Shown here in pieces: positions 51,367 to 63,018 of a stretch of 64,000 bases of DNA (its first letter is position 1; every line of letters begins with the position of its first letter). Made by a program: the position numbers and the translations under genes. The stretch lies in contig CAVSTP010000004.1 of the NCBI GenBank assembly GCA_963730935.1, positions 1,472,001 to 1,536,000 on the forward strand. Direction: 5' to 3'. The DNA is from an uncultured Nitrospiraceae bacterium (GTDB lineage Bacteria > Nitrospirota > Nitrospiria > Nitrospirales > Nitrospiraceae). The notes below the pieces were generated by a model, which worked only from the letters and a program-made list of their open reading frames with translations, made no database searches and was not told the origin of the DNA.

Positions 51367-52797
51367 ATGAATCCAGGTGAATTACAAAAACTTCCGTTGT
51401 TCGCCGGGCTCTCGCCCGAAGAAAGTGCTTGCCTCGAACAGGGCGAAGAGATCGCCGTGGCCTCCGGCGAGATCATCGCGAGAGAAGGGGATCCCGCCAC
51501 CTATTTTTACGTGATTCTCGAAGGAGAGATCCGCGTCAGTAAGACCTATGGGAATCAAAAGGTCGTGATGGCCGTCCATACAGCCGGAAAGTTCTTCGGT
51601 GAGGTGCCGTTGCTGCTGGACATGCCCTATTTCGTCGATGGGCAAGCGCGGACGCCATGCCGGCTGTTGCGGTATTCCAAGGACCAGTTCTGGTCCCTGA
51701 TGAGCATGTGTCCGTCCGCCGCAAAGGAAATCTTGCGAACCATGGCGGCAAGGCTGCGGGGATTGGAGGGATTTTCTCAACGACGCGAAAAACTGGTCTC
51801 GCTCGGCACGATGGCGGCCGGCCTCGCCCATGAGCTGAACAATCCCGCTGCCGCGGCACGCCGCGCGGCCGATGAGTTGCTCACCGTCGCAGGGGGCCTA
51901 CCCCTTCTCGCCTGTCGTCTGAATAAACAACAGCTCTCGACCGCCCAATCCGACACGGTCGCGCAGATCCAGCGTGAGCTTGCTTCCAGACCTCGTCCGA
52001 TGCCCCTCGATCCGCTGACCCGAACCGATCGAGAAGAAGAGATGCTCGCGTGGCTTGAACAGCACCGGATCACCGATGCATGGAAACTCGCCAGCATCCT
52101 GGTGAATGCCGGTCTTGATCGAGGGTGGGTAGAGAGAATTGGCAAGCACTTTCCTCAGGAGGCGCTCGGCGATGTGCTGGGATGGATGACAGGTACCCTG
52201 TCGTTACAGGAGCTGACCCGACAGGTTGAACGGAGCACCGGCCGCATTGCGGAATTGGTCACCGCGGTGAAGTCCTATTCGTACGAGGGCCGCGCACCGG
52301 TACAGGAGATCGACATCCACGAAGGCCTCGAGAGCACGCTCACCATGCTGTCTCATAAACTCAAAGGGGTCACGCTGATCCGCGACTATGATCGGTCGCT
52401 CCCGCTGATTCCCGCCTACGGTACGGAGCTCAATCAGGTATGGACAAATCTTATCGATAATGCGATCGATGCCGTGAACGGACAGGGAGAGGTCCGAATC
52501 CGCACGCGGCGTGAGGATGACCAACTTGTCGTGGAGATCCACGATAACGGACCGGGCATCCCGGAAGACGTTCGCGCCCACCTCTTTGAGCCGTTTTTTA
52601 CCACCAAGGGGGTTGGAAAGGGGACGGGACTCGGGTTGATCATCAGCTATCGCATCGTGGGTGATCGCCACCACGGAGAGCTGGAGTTTGAATCGCAGCC
52701 CGGACACACCGTGTTCCTTGCCCACTTGCCGATGACGCGCAAAGCGCTGGAGCCGTCGGCCATGGCCAACGAACCGCCCGAAGAGACTGTCCTGTGA
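51367..52797 (+). CDS. cNMP-binding-domain sensor histidine kinase
   Basis: REGDPATYFYVILEG, FFGEVPLL; AHELNNP; NLIDNA, FFTTKGVGKGTGLGL. Confidence 0.93.
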   Translation: MNPGELQKLPLFAGLSPEESACLEQGEEIAVASGEIIAREGDPATYFYVILEGEIRVSKTYGNQKVVMAVHTAGKFFGEVPLLLDMPYFVDGQARTPCRLLRYSKDQFWSLMSMCPSAAKEILRTMAARLRGLEGFSQRREKLVSLGTMAAGLAHELNNPAAAARRAADELLTVAGGLPLLACRLNKQQLSTAQSDTVAQIQRELASRPRPMPLDPLTRTDREEEMLAWLEQHRITDAWKLASILVNAGLDRGWVERIGKHFPQEALGDVLGWMTGTLSLQELTRQVERSTGRIAELVTAVKSYSYEGRAPVQEIDIHEGLESTLTMLSHKLKGVTLIRDYDRSLPLIPAYGTELNQVWTNLIDNAIDAVNGQGEVRIRTRREDDQLVVEIHDNGPGIPEDVRAHLFEPFFTTKGVGKGTGLGLIISYRIVGDRHHGELEFESQPGHTVFLAHLPMTRKALEPSAMANEPPEETVL

Positions 52798-54452
52798 AAC
52801 CCTTTCTAGTCACAGTGGATGACGATCCGGAAGTGTCGCGCGCCGTCGAGCGGGATCTCCGTCGCAAATATGGAGGAGAGTACCGGATACTCAGGGCGGA
52901 GTCTGGGTCAGAGGCGCTCACCTCGCTGGAGCAGCTCAAGCTGCGGAATGATACGGTCGCCCTGTTCTTGGCGGACCAGCGGATGCCCCAGATGACCGGC
53001 GTGGAATTTTTAGAACGGGCCATTGGCCTCTATCCCGAAGCGAAACGAGCCTTACTGACGGCGTATGCCGATACGGATGCGGCCATCCGCGCCATTAACG
53101 ACGCGCAGGTTGACTACTATTTGTTGAAGCCCTGGCACCCGCCTGAAGAGCGCTTGTACCCGGTCATCGATGACCTCTTAGACGACTGGCATGGCTCCTT
53201 TAAGATGCCGTTTCACGGGATCCGAGTGCTGGGTCACCGCTGGTCGCCCCAGACGCATCAGATCAAAGAATTTCTCGGCCGAAACCAAGTGCCCTATCAA
53301 TGGCTCGACATTGAGAAAGATGCCGAGACGCGTTCCCTGCTCCAGTCTGCGCATGCCACTGAAGAGCAGCTGCCCGTGGTCGTGTTTCCAGACGGCACAT
53401 CCCTGATTCAACCGACCACGTCCCAAGTGGCAGAAAAAGTCGGCTTTCGCATGAAGGCCGAACAGCCGTTCTATGACCTCATCGTCATTGGCGCTGGACC
53501 AGCCGGCTTGGCCGCTGCTGTCTATGGGGGATCTGAAGGGCTCAAGACCGTGTTGATCGAACGTGAAGCACCGGGTGGACAGGCCGGTATGAGCTCCAGG
53601 ATTGAGAACTATCTGGGGTTTCCGGCTGGTCTCAGTGGCCAGGATCTTGCTCGACGTGCCTTGACGCAAGCGCAGCGATTCGGCGTCGAACTCTTGAATC
53701 CTCAGGAGGCCGTCAGTCTTCGCGTGGCGGGCCCCGCGCGCATCGTGACACTGTCAGATGGCAGTGAACTCAGCGGGAAAACGGTGCTCATTACCACGGG
53801 AGTGTCCTATCGGACGCTGAACGTCCCTGGAGTCCAGCCCTTGACCGGCGCGGGGGTCTACTATGGCGCCGGGATGGCCGAGGCTGTCGCGTGCAAGGGC
53901 GAGGATGTCATTGTTGTGGGCGGAGCCAATTCTGCCGGGCAGGCGGCCGTCTATTTTGCGCGGTACGCTCGGCAAGTGACGATGCTCGTTCGCGGCGACT
54001 CCCTCACGCAAACCATGTCGCATTATTTGATCGAGCGTCTCAAACAAACCTCGAATATCGTCGTCGAGACCAGTGTGGAAGTGGCAGAGGCCCACGGCAC
54101 GTCGCGACTGGAGTCGCTGGTGCTCCAAGACACCAAAACGAATCAGCGCCGGACAGTGAGGGCACAGTCGTTGTTTATTCTCATCGGCGCGTTGCCGCAC
54201 ACCGACTGGCTCGGTGAAACCGTCCTTCGGGATGAGCATGGGTTTCTCGTCTCCGGTCCCGATTTACTGCGGGACGGCTGTTTACCGTCAAGCTGGCCGC
54301 TCGCTCGAGCGCCGCACTTGTTCGAAACGAGCGTCCCGGGCGTCTTCGTGGCCGGCGATGCGCGCCATGGCTCGATCAAACGAGTGGCATCCGGCGTCGG
54401 TGAGGGCACGATTGCCGAAAAGATGATCGAACGCTATTTAGACGAGGTGTAG
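52794..54452 (+). CDS. Response-regulator receiver fused to a thioredoxin-reductase-like FAD oxidoreductase
   Basis: VDDD, ADQRMP, LKPW; GAGPAG, GGANSAGQ, TSVPGVFVAGD. Confidence 0.93.
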   Translation: MKPFLVTVDDDPEVSRAVERDLRRKYGGEYRILRAESGSEALTSLEQLKLRNDTVALFLADQRMPQMTGVEFLERAIGLYPEAKRALLTAYADTDAAIRAINDAQVDYYLLKPWHPPEERLYPVIDDLLDDWHGSFKMPFHGIRVLGHRWSPQTHQIKEFLGRNQVPYQWLDIEKDAETRSLLQSAHATEEQLPVVVFPDGTSLIQPTTSQVAEKVGFRMKAEQPFYDLIVIGAGPAGLAAAVYGGSEGLKTVLIEREAPGGQAGMSSRIENYLGFPAGLSGQDLARRALTQAQRFGVELLNPQEAVSLRVAGPARIVTLSDGSELSGKTVLITTGVSYRTLNVPGVQPLTGAGVYYGAGMAEAVACKGEDVIVVGGANSAGQAAVYFARYARQVTMLVRGDSLTQTMSHYLIERLKQTSNIVVETSVEVAEAHGTSRLESLVLQDTKTNQRRTVRAQSLFILIGALPHTDWLGETVLRDEHGFLVSGPDLLRDGCLPSSWPLARAPHLFETSVPGVFVAGDARHGSIKRVASGVGEGTIAEKMIERYLDEV

Positions 54453-54463
54453 AAGGAACGACG

Positions 54464-55003
54464 ATGGCCGAGCGACGTGGTCATCCCGAACTCGTGATTA
54501 CCGATCACGATCACGTGCAAGGAGCCCTTGCAGCTCCAGTCACGTTGGTGGAATACGGCGATTTTGAATGCCCCTACTCACGCGAGGCGGTCAAGACGAT
54601 TCAGGTCTTGCAGCGTGAGTTCGGCGCTGAGCTTCGATTTGTGTTCCGTCATTTTCCTCTCGCAGACAAACATCCACATGCCATACAGGCGTCGGAAGCG
54701 TCCGAAGCAGCCGCCGCACAGGGAGATTTTTGGACGATGTATATCATGTTGTTTGCTCACCAATGGGAACTTGATCACAGCAATCTGATGGACTATGCGG
54801 GGCGGCTTGAGCTGGATAAGGCGACTTTCGGCGAGGCGCTCAAGACGCACAAGTATTTCGATCGCGTCAGAGCCGATGTGGCCACAGGCCGTCAACATGG
54901 CGTGACCGGGACGCCGACGTTTTTTGTCAACGGCCACCGGCACGATGGCGATGATGACGTACGTGCATTAACGAGCGCAATTCGGAAAGTGCTCAGTGTG
55001 TAG
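54464..55003 (+). CDS. DsbA/thioredoxin-fold protein
   Basis: EYGDFECPYS, FRHFPL, GTPTFFVNG. Confidence 0.9.
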   Translation: MAERRGHPELVITDHDHVQGALAAPVTLVEYGDFECPYSREAVKTIQVLQREFGAELRFVFRHFPLADKHPHAIQASEASEAAAAQGDFWTMYIMLFAHQWELDHSNLMDYAGRLELDKATFGEALKTHKYFDRVRADVATGRQHGVTGTPTFFVNGHRHDGDDDVRALTSAIRKVLSV

Positions 55004-55023
55004 CCGCAAAGACGGATAATGGT

Positions 55024-55998
55024 ATGGAACAGGCGCTGGAGTTTCTTCTCCGTCACATCGAGCTGGTGTTATTCCTGACCGTCCTCGCGGAACAGATCGG
55101 CTTTCCCATTCCGGCGATTCCGGTACTGCTGGCAGCCGGAGCCGTTGCGGGCGATCAACAAGCGAGTCTGATCGTGCTCACCGCGCTCTCCGTCGCCGCA
55201 TGCCTGCTCGGTGACATGGTGTGGTTTGAACTAGGACGTCATCGGGGGCGACAAACACTCACCCTGTTGTGCCGGATTGCTCTGGAGCCAGACGCTTGTG
55301 TCAGACGCACGGAGAATTTCTTTTTGATCCATGGGGTCCGAGCGCTGATTCTCGCCAAGTTCATCCCCGGGTTGAGCACACTCGCACCGGCACTAGCTGG
55401 TCTCTTCAAAATCTCGATCGGACGATTCTTGCTGTTCAATGGCGCCGGCGCGCTGATTTGGAGCTTTTCCTTTCTGTTGCTCGGCTATGTGTTCAGCGAT
55501 CAGATCAGTTATGTGGCCGAACTGGCAATGCATTTCGGGAAGACGGCGACGGCGGTCATCGCCATGGGGCTGGTTGGATATGTGCTCTATAAATATGTGC
55601 ACAGGCAAAAACTTTTGAGAGAGCTTCGCGTGGCTCGGATCAGCCCGAGCGAGCTCAAGCAACTGATGGACGATGGCCATCAATCAGTTGTGGTCGATTT
55701 GCGCGGCACATTGGACCATGTCGCCGACCCTTATACGATCCCAGGCGCTCTGCGTATCTCCGCCGAAGAACTCGAGCAACGCCATCACGATATTCCCAGA
55801 GACCGTGACGTCATTTTGTTCTGTGCCTGTCCAAACGAGGCCACCGCGGCGCGGATGGCGTTGATGCTGAAACGGAGAGGGATTACCCGTGTCCGACCGC
55901 TTGCCGGCGGCATCGACGCGTGGCGTGAACTGGCCTATCCGCTAGAACTGGTGGTCTCAAAAGAAGCTGCCGTCGTGGCTGCCGAGCTACAGACGTGA
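55024..55998 (+). CDS. DedA (VTT) + rhodanese fusion
   Basis: EQIGFPIPAIP, AKFIPG; VDLRG, FCACPNEATAAR, LAGGIDAW. Confidence 0.9.
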   Translation: MEQALEFLLRHIELVLFLTVLAEQIGFPIPAIPVLLAAGAVAGDQQASLIVLTALSVAACLLGDMVWFELGRHRGRQTLTLLCRIALEPDACVRRTENFFLIHGVRALILAKFIPGLSTLAPALAGLFKISIGRFLLFNGAGALIWSFSFLLLGYVFSDQISYVAELAMHFGKTATAVIAMGLVGYVLYKYVHRQKLLRELRVARISPSELKQLMDDGHQSVVVDLRGTLDHVADPYTIPGALRISAEELEQRHHDIPRDRDVILFCACPNEATAARMALMLKRRGITRVRPLAGGIDAWRELAYPLELVVSKEAAVVAAELQT

Positions 55999-56049
55999 GA
56001 CATGAGGTCGCGGGGTGGCGTGCATGATCCGCTGTAGCGGTCCCGTCTA

Positions 56050-56530
56050 ATGGTCCTCCCAAGCTCGCTCGTTTCCGTAGGGTGAGATCAGCTTCGAAGA
56101 AAAGAAGGGATCGGCGCAGACCAAACCATTCTTACCTATTGAGGAAGGTGGTGGACTAGTTGCGACCTGCGAGGGATGCATGGCCTGTCGGTGCGGTCGC
56201 CATTCTCACCCGCCCAACCCTGGGCGCGCCAAGACGCGCCCTTTTCCCAGGCGGCGATGGCGAGACGCCTTGTTCGAAGGTCCGTTCCAATGATCCTTCC
56301 CAGCTTGCTTGTACGACTTTCCTCAGGGTGGGCTAGGTTGCTTCCAACTGCGCGCTTCGACGAGCACCGCCTATCTAAAAATACGATTGGTCTGGTGTGC
56401 GCGTTGGGCGAGCAAGGAAGCTGCCTAGCCTACCCATTCATTATTTGCGGAGCCAAGCAGCAACAGGCGCATGCGGTTTCCCCCGAACTGGGAGCAATAG
56501 GTCACCACCTTCCGATCCGCTTGGCTCCGT
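56050..56530. repeat. Mosaic repeat locus
   Basis: CTCACCCGCCCAACCCTGGGCGCGCCAAGACGCGCC, ATACGATTGGTCTGGTGTGCGCGTTGGGCGAGCAAG, GCGGAGCCAAGCAG. Confidence 0.88.
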
Positions 56531-56589
56531 TTATTTTGTTTTGCGCTCGCCCTCTGCACTGAGTAAGATGGACCTAACACGAGGGCGGC

Positions 56590-59271
56590 ATGAGCGACGA
56601 CGAAACTCCTCGACCCCAGTCCGATTCCGATCCCGAAGAAACCCGCGAGTGGCTGGATTCCCTTGAGTACGTGCTCAAGGCGAAGGGCGCCGACCGGGCC
56701 ACCTATCTCTTTGAGCGTCTCCGCGAGCGGCTCGGCGCCAGCGGCGCCCAGGTCTCCGCTCCATTCAATACGCCGTATATCAACACCATCCCGGCCGCCC
56801 AGGAGCCGCCCTACCCCGGGAATCTGGAAATCGAACGGCGCATCCGGAGCCTCATCCGCTGGAACGCGATGGCGATGGTGGTCAAGGCCAACAAGCAGCA
56901 CCCTGGCATCGGCGGCCATATTTCGACCTTCGCCTCGGCGGCCACCCTCTATGAAGTCGCATTCCACCACTTTCTTCACGGCAAGGACGCCCCGCAGGGC
57001 GGCGATCAGGTTTATTTCCAGGGCCATGGGGCGCCGGGGGTCTATGCGCGCGGGTACGTCGAAGGCCGCCTCCCTGAGGAAGCGCTGCATCACTTCCGCC
57101 GCGAAGTGAGCGGTGAACAAGGCCTATCCTCCTATCCCCACCCCTGGCTCCTCCCCGATTATTGGGAATTTCCCACCGTGTCGATGGGACTCGCCCCCAT
57201 CATGTCGATCTACCAGGCGCGTTTTAACCGCTATCTCCACGACCGCGGGCTCAAAGATACGAGCGCGCAGCGGGTGTGGGCCTTCGTCGGAGACGGCGAA
57301 ACCGACGAGCCGGAAAGTCTCGGCGCGATTACGCTGGCCTCCCGCGAGCGGCTGGACAATTTGATCTGGGTCGTGAACTGCAACCTCCAACGCCTCGATG
57401 GACCGGTCCGCGGGAACGGCAAAATCATTCAGGAGCTGGAAGCCATCTTCCGCGGGGCCGGTTGGAACGTGATCAAGGTGATCTGGGGCAGGCACTGGGA
57501 TCCGTTGCTGGCGCAGGACGACGAAGGCCTGCTGGTGAAGCGGATGGGCGAGGTGGTGGACGGCTGGTATCAGAAGTACACGGTGGAAGGCGGCGCGTTC
57601 GCGCGAACCCACTTCTTCGGCGCCGATCCGCGCCTGCTGAAGCTGGTTGAGACCTATTCGGACGAGCAGATCCACAAGATGCTGCGCGGGGGCCATGACC
57701 CGCGCAAAGTCTATGCGGCCTACAAAGCTGCAATAGAGCACAAGGGCCAGCCCACCGTGATCCTGGCAAAAACCATCAAAGGCTACGGCTTGGGAGAAGC
57801 GGGCGAAGGGCGCAACGTCACCCATCAGCAAAAAAAGATGAACGAGCACGAGCTGCGAGAGTTCCGCACGCGGTTCGGCGTTCCGGTGTCGGACGATCAG
57901 CTCGGCTCCACGCCGTTCTTCCGCCCTCCGACCGGCAGTCCGGAGGCTGCCTACCTCGTCGAGCGACGCAAAGCCATGGGCGGTCCGCTTCCGGAACGGC
58001 GGGTGAAGGTCGAGTCGCTCGAAACGCCGGCGCTCGAGGCGTTCAAGGAATTCATCGAGGGCTCGGGAGATCGCGCGGTCTCCACTACGATGGGATTCGC
58101 GCGCATGCTGGGACGCCTGCTCGCCATGAAAGATTTCGGGAAGCATCTCGTCCCGATCATCCCCGACGAAGCGCGGACGTTCGGCCTCGAGGCGCTCTTC
58201 CGCCAGTATGGGATTTATTCGCACATCGGCCAGCTCTATGAACCGGTCGACAAAAGTTCGCTGCTCTATTACTTCGAAGCGAAAAACGGCCAGATCCTGG
58301 AGGAAGGCATCACCGAAGCGGGCGCGCTGTCGTCGTTCATTGCCGCTGGATCGGCCTATGCGACGCACGCGCTCAACACGATCCCCTTCTACATTTTTTA
58401 CTCGATGTTCGGGTTTCAGCGCGTCGGCGATCTGATCTGGGCCGCCTCCGACATGCGAGCCCGCGGCTTTCTCTTGGGGGCGACGGCCGGGCGGACGACC
58501 TTGGAAGGCGAAGGCCTGCAGCACCAGGACGGGCACAGTCATCTGCTGGCGAGCGCCTTTCCCACCATAGTCGCCTACGATCCGGCCTTTATGTTCGAGC
58601 TTGCGGTCATTCTGCAGGACGGGCTGAAGCGCATGTATCAGGATCAAGAAGAGCTGTCCTATTACATCACGCTCTACAACGAGTCTTATCCAATGCCCCC
58701 GATGCCGGCGAATGCGGAAGAAGGGATCCGCGAAGGGATGTACCGCTTCCGGCCTGCGCCGGAAAAGGGCAAGCACCGCGCGCATCTCCTGGCGAGCGGC
58801 CCGCTCGTCAATGAGGCGCTCAAGGCGCAGGAGCTGCTGCTGCAGCGCTACGGCGTGGCGGCGGACGTGTGGAGCGTGACGAGTTACAAAACGCTGCGGG
58901 TCAAGACGCTCGAGGCCGAGCGCTGGAACCTGTGGCATCCGGATGAGCCGCCGCGCGTCAGCTATCTCCAGAAGATCGTGCAGCGGTTCGACGGCCCCTG
59001 CGTGGCGGTGAGCGATTATGTCCGGTTGGTCAGCCAGCAAATCAGTCCGTGGATACCGGGCGGCTTGCTGGCACTAGGAACCGATGGATTCGGCCGGAGC
59101 GATACACGCAAGGCGCTGCGCCGGTTCTTCGAAATCGATGCCGAGCATTTGGCCGTTGCGACGTTGTACGCGTTGCATCAGCAGGGCGCGAAGATCACGG
59201 CAAAGACCGTGCGGCAGGCTGCGCAGGATCTGGGCTTGGCGCCGGACGACATGGCGCCCTGGCAGCGATAG
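56590..59271 (+). CDS. aceE: Pyruvate dehydrogenase E1, homodimeric type
   Basis: DPEETREWLDS, GGHIST, GDGETDEPES, NLQRLDGPVRGN, GEGLQHQDGHS. Confidence 0.97.
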   Translation: MSDDETPRPQSDSDPEETREWLDSLEYVLKAKGADRATYLFERLRERLGASGAQVSAPFNTPYINTIPAAQEPPYPGNLEIERRIRSLIRWNAMAMVVKANKQHPGIGGHISTFASAATLYEVAFHHFLHGKDAPQGGDQVYFQGHGAPGVYARGYVEGRLPEEALHHFRREVSGEQGLSSYPHPWLLPDYWEFPTVSMGLAPIMSIYQARFNRYLHDRGLKDTSAQRVWAFVGDGETDEPESLGAITLASRERLDNLIWVVNCNLQRLDGPVRGNGKIIQELEAIFRGAGWNVIKVIWGRHWDPLLAQDDEGLLVKRMGEVVDGWYQKYTVEGGAFARTHFFGADPRLLKLVETYSDEQIHKMLRGGHDPRKVYAAYKAAIEHKGQPTVILAKTIKGYGLGEAGEGRNVTHQQKKMNEHELREFRTRFGVPVSDDQLGSTPFFRPPTGSPEAAYLVERRKAMGGPLPERRVKVESLETPALEAFKEFIEGSGDRAVSTTMGFARMLGRLLAMKDFGKHLVPIIPDEARTFGLEALFRQYGIYSHIGQLYEPVDKSSLLYYFEAKNGQILEEGITEAGALSSFIAAGSAYATHALNTIPFYIFYSMFGFQRVGDLIWAASDMRARGFLLGATAGRTTLEGEGLQHQDGHSHLLASAFPTIVAYDPAFMFELAVILQDGLKRMYQDQEELSYYITLYNESYPMPPMPANAEEGIREGMYRFRPAPEKGKHRAHLLASGPLVNEALKAQELLLQRYGVAADVWSVTSYKTLRVKTLEAERWNLWHPDEPPRVSYLQKIVQRFDGPCVAVSDYVRLVSQQISPWIPGGLLALGTDGFGRSDTRKALRRFFEIDAEHLAVATLYALHQQGAKITAKTVRQAAQDLGLAPDDMAPWQR

Positions 59272-59322
59272 CACGGCTGTTGATTAGGACCGCTCCGCGA
59301 ACTTCTCGAAGGATGAATAGCC

Positions 59323-60789
<1,467 letters not shown>

Positions 60790-60804
60790 CTGAGCAAGTC
60801 ATCT

Positions 60805-62220
60805 ATGGCGGATTCGCGCTACGACGTGGCGGTGATCGGCGGAGGGCCGGGCGGGTATGCCGCGGCCTTCCAGGCAGCGGATCTCGGCTTGCGCACCGCC
60901 TTGATCGATCAGGACGCGCAACTGGGCGGCGTCTGTCTCCTGCGCGGCTGTATTCCTTCGAAGGCCTTGCTGCATGCGGCCCGCCTGATCACCGACGCGG
61001 AAGATGCGCAGGGCTGGGGCATTCAATTTGAGAAGCCGAAAGTCGATCTCGAGGCGTTGCGCCGCCGGACGCAAGCGATCATTGGCAAGCTGACCAAAGG
61101 CGTTCAGACCCTGGCGGCCAGCCGCAAGGTGGACGTGATCAAAGCGCGCGCGACGTTTAAGAATGCTGCGACGCTCGCGCTGTCGGGTGACGGACCGCGT
61201 GAAATTTCATTCGCCCATGCGATCCTTGCCACCGGCTCGCGGCCGGCGATGCCTCCCTCGCTCAAGGTCGACGACCCTCGCGTGATGGATTCGACGAGCG
61301 CGCTGGACTTGCCGCAGATTCCTGGACGCCTGCTGGTCGTCGGCGGCGGCTACATCGGCCTGGAATTGGGCACCGTGTATCAGGCGCTCGGCTCCGAGGT
61401 GACGCTGGTCGAAGCCCTGCCGCATTTGCTCAACGGTGCGGACCCCGATCTCGTGCGACCGCTGCAACTGCGCATGCAGCGGCGGTTCAAGGCCATCAAA
61501 CTCACCACAAAAGTCGAAAAACTCGAGCCCCGCAAGGACGGCATCGCCGTGACCTGCACGGGGCCTGACGGCACTACCAAGGACGTGTTCGACCGCGTGC
61601 TCATCGCCGTCGGACGGAAGCCCAACACAGAGCAGTTGGGGCTGGAACAGACGAAGATTGGAGTATCCAAGCAGGGTTTCATCCAGGTCGATCGGCAGAT
61701 GCGGACGGCCGAACCGAGCATCTTCGCGATCGGTGATGTGGTTGGCGAGCCGATGCTCGCGCATAAAGCCTCGCATGAAGGCCTGATCGCCGCGCGAGTG
61801 ATCGCCGGTCAACAAGCGGCGTTCGATGCGACGATTCCAGCCGTCATCTTTACCGATCCTGAGATAGCTTGGTGCGGACTCACGGAAGAGGCGGCCAAAG
61901 CCTCCGGGCAAGCCGTGACGATCGTGCGGTTCCCGTGGGCAGCCTCAGGCCGCGCCACCACGTTGGGACGCAACGACGGCTTGACGAAATTGGTGCTGGA
62001 TGCGGAATCGGGCCGTGTGCTCGGTGTGGGGATCTGCGGTGCCGGCGCTGGCGAGCTGATCGCAGAAGGCGTGCTGGCGGTTGAACTGGGCGCAGTTGCC
62101 GAAGACGTCGCCGCGTCGATTCACCCCCACCCGACCTTGAGCGAGACGGTCATGGAAGCGGCCGAAGCGTTCCACGGCCAGCCTACCCATCTCTACCTCT
62201 CGAAGACCTCAAAGCGGTAA
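60805..62220 (+). CDS. lpdA: Dihydrolipoyl dehydrogenase E3
   Basis: GGGPGGY, GGVCLLRGCIPSK, HPHPTLSE. Confidence 0.97.
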   Translation: MADSRYDVAVIGGGPGGYAAAFQAADLGLRTALIDQDAQLGGVCLLRGCIPSKALLHAARLITDAEDAQGWGIQFEKPKVDLEALRRRTQAIIGKLTKGVQTLAASRKVDVIKARATFKNAATLALSGDGPREISFAHAILATGSRPAMPPSLKVDDPRVMDSTSALDLPQIPGRLLVVGGGYIGLELGTVYQALGSEVTLVEALPHLLNGADPDLVRPLQLRMQRRFKAIKLTTKVEKLEPRKDGIAVTCTGPDGTTKDVFDRVLIAVGRKPNTEQLGLEQTKIGVSKQGFIQVDRQMRTAEPSIFAIGDVVGEPMLAHKASHEGLIAARVIAGQQAAFDATIPAVIFTDPEIAWCGLTEEAAKASGQAVTIVRFPWAASGRATTLGRNDGLTKLVLDAESGRVLGVGICGAGAGELIAEGVLAVELGAVAEDVAASIHPHPTLSETVMEAAEAFHGQPTHLYLSKTSKR

Positions 62221-62224
62221 CGCC

Positions 62225-62395
62225 GTGCGTGCACTCCGCCTGCTGAATTTGACCCTGCCCTCTCTGGTGGAAAATCTCGCGCTGGACGACGCCTTGATAG
62301 AAGAACTCGATGAGTGCGGCGGCGATCCGGTCCTGCGCTTTCGGGAGAGAACCATACCCGCCGGGTTACGCCGAAACTACCATCTCTGTTGCTGA
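62225..62395 (+). pseudogene. Truncated lipoate-protein ligase (LplA-family) N-terminus
   Basis: VRALRLLNLTLPSLVENLALDDALIEELDECGGDPVLRFRE, then unrelated sequence and a stop. Confidence 0.7.
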
Positions 62396-62404
62396 GGAGG
62401 AATC

Positions 62405-62644
62405 ATGAAGAAGCTCGATTCCCGGAGCCGTGTGACGAAGAAACCAGCGGCTGCGTCAAAGGTGAGCGATAACACTGCCGATTTACGTCAGCAGTTGGAG
62501 GATTTGTCCGAGAAGATCGACCTCGTCCTGCCGGAAGTCACGGCTCGTGTCGCCGCGCTGGAGCATCTCCTCCGTGAAAAACAGCTCGTCACCAGGCAAG
62601 ATCTAGTTTCGGCGAGAAGCTTCGTCCGTCTGCAAGAAGAATAA
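62405..62644 (+). CDS. Small coiled-coil hypothetical protein
   Basis: GAGGAGG RBS; RVAALEHLLREKQLVTRQDL. Confidence 0.7.
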   Translation: MKKLDSRSRVTKKPAAASKVSDNTADLRQQLEDLSEKIDLVLPEVTARVAALEHLLREKQLVTRQDLVSARSFVRLQEE

Positions 62645-63018
62645 TGAGGCACAGGCGGTGTCTCCGTGCTCCCGAGCTTCGGCTCGACAATAGTCTCTCA
62701 TTTGTTCGACGCCGAAACTCGTTCCATTCATCGCTTCGCGTAAATGGAACAGCGGACATCGGCATCGCCAGCCCAGGGCTGGTCGCATCTGATCAACAAG
62801 TGTGGTGCCCGAGCCATCAGCAAAGTCGCAGGCAAGACACCACCTCTGCCTAGTCGGGAAAGAGGACAACGAGCAAGCTCGGAATGAACATTATGATTTT
62901 CTCCCCACGCATCTAAGTTTATGTTTACGTCTTCATCACGGATGTGTCTGGGTTCTCGCGAGATCTCGCACATATCGCCGGAGGATTTTACGGAATCCGC
63001 CGCTGCTGGTGATCATCG

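Noticed and set aside
57124..59040. Long antisense or alternate-frame ORFs (also 45617-47056, 5373-6401, 22434-23492, 27217-28293)
   Set aside because: Shadows of high-GC genes with clear family motifs in another frame.
62644..62853. 69-aa ORF after the coiled-coil gene
   Set aside because: No recognisable motif; only stop-start coupling supports it.
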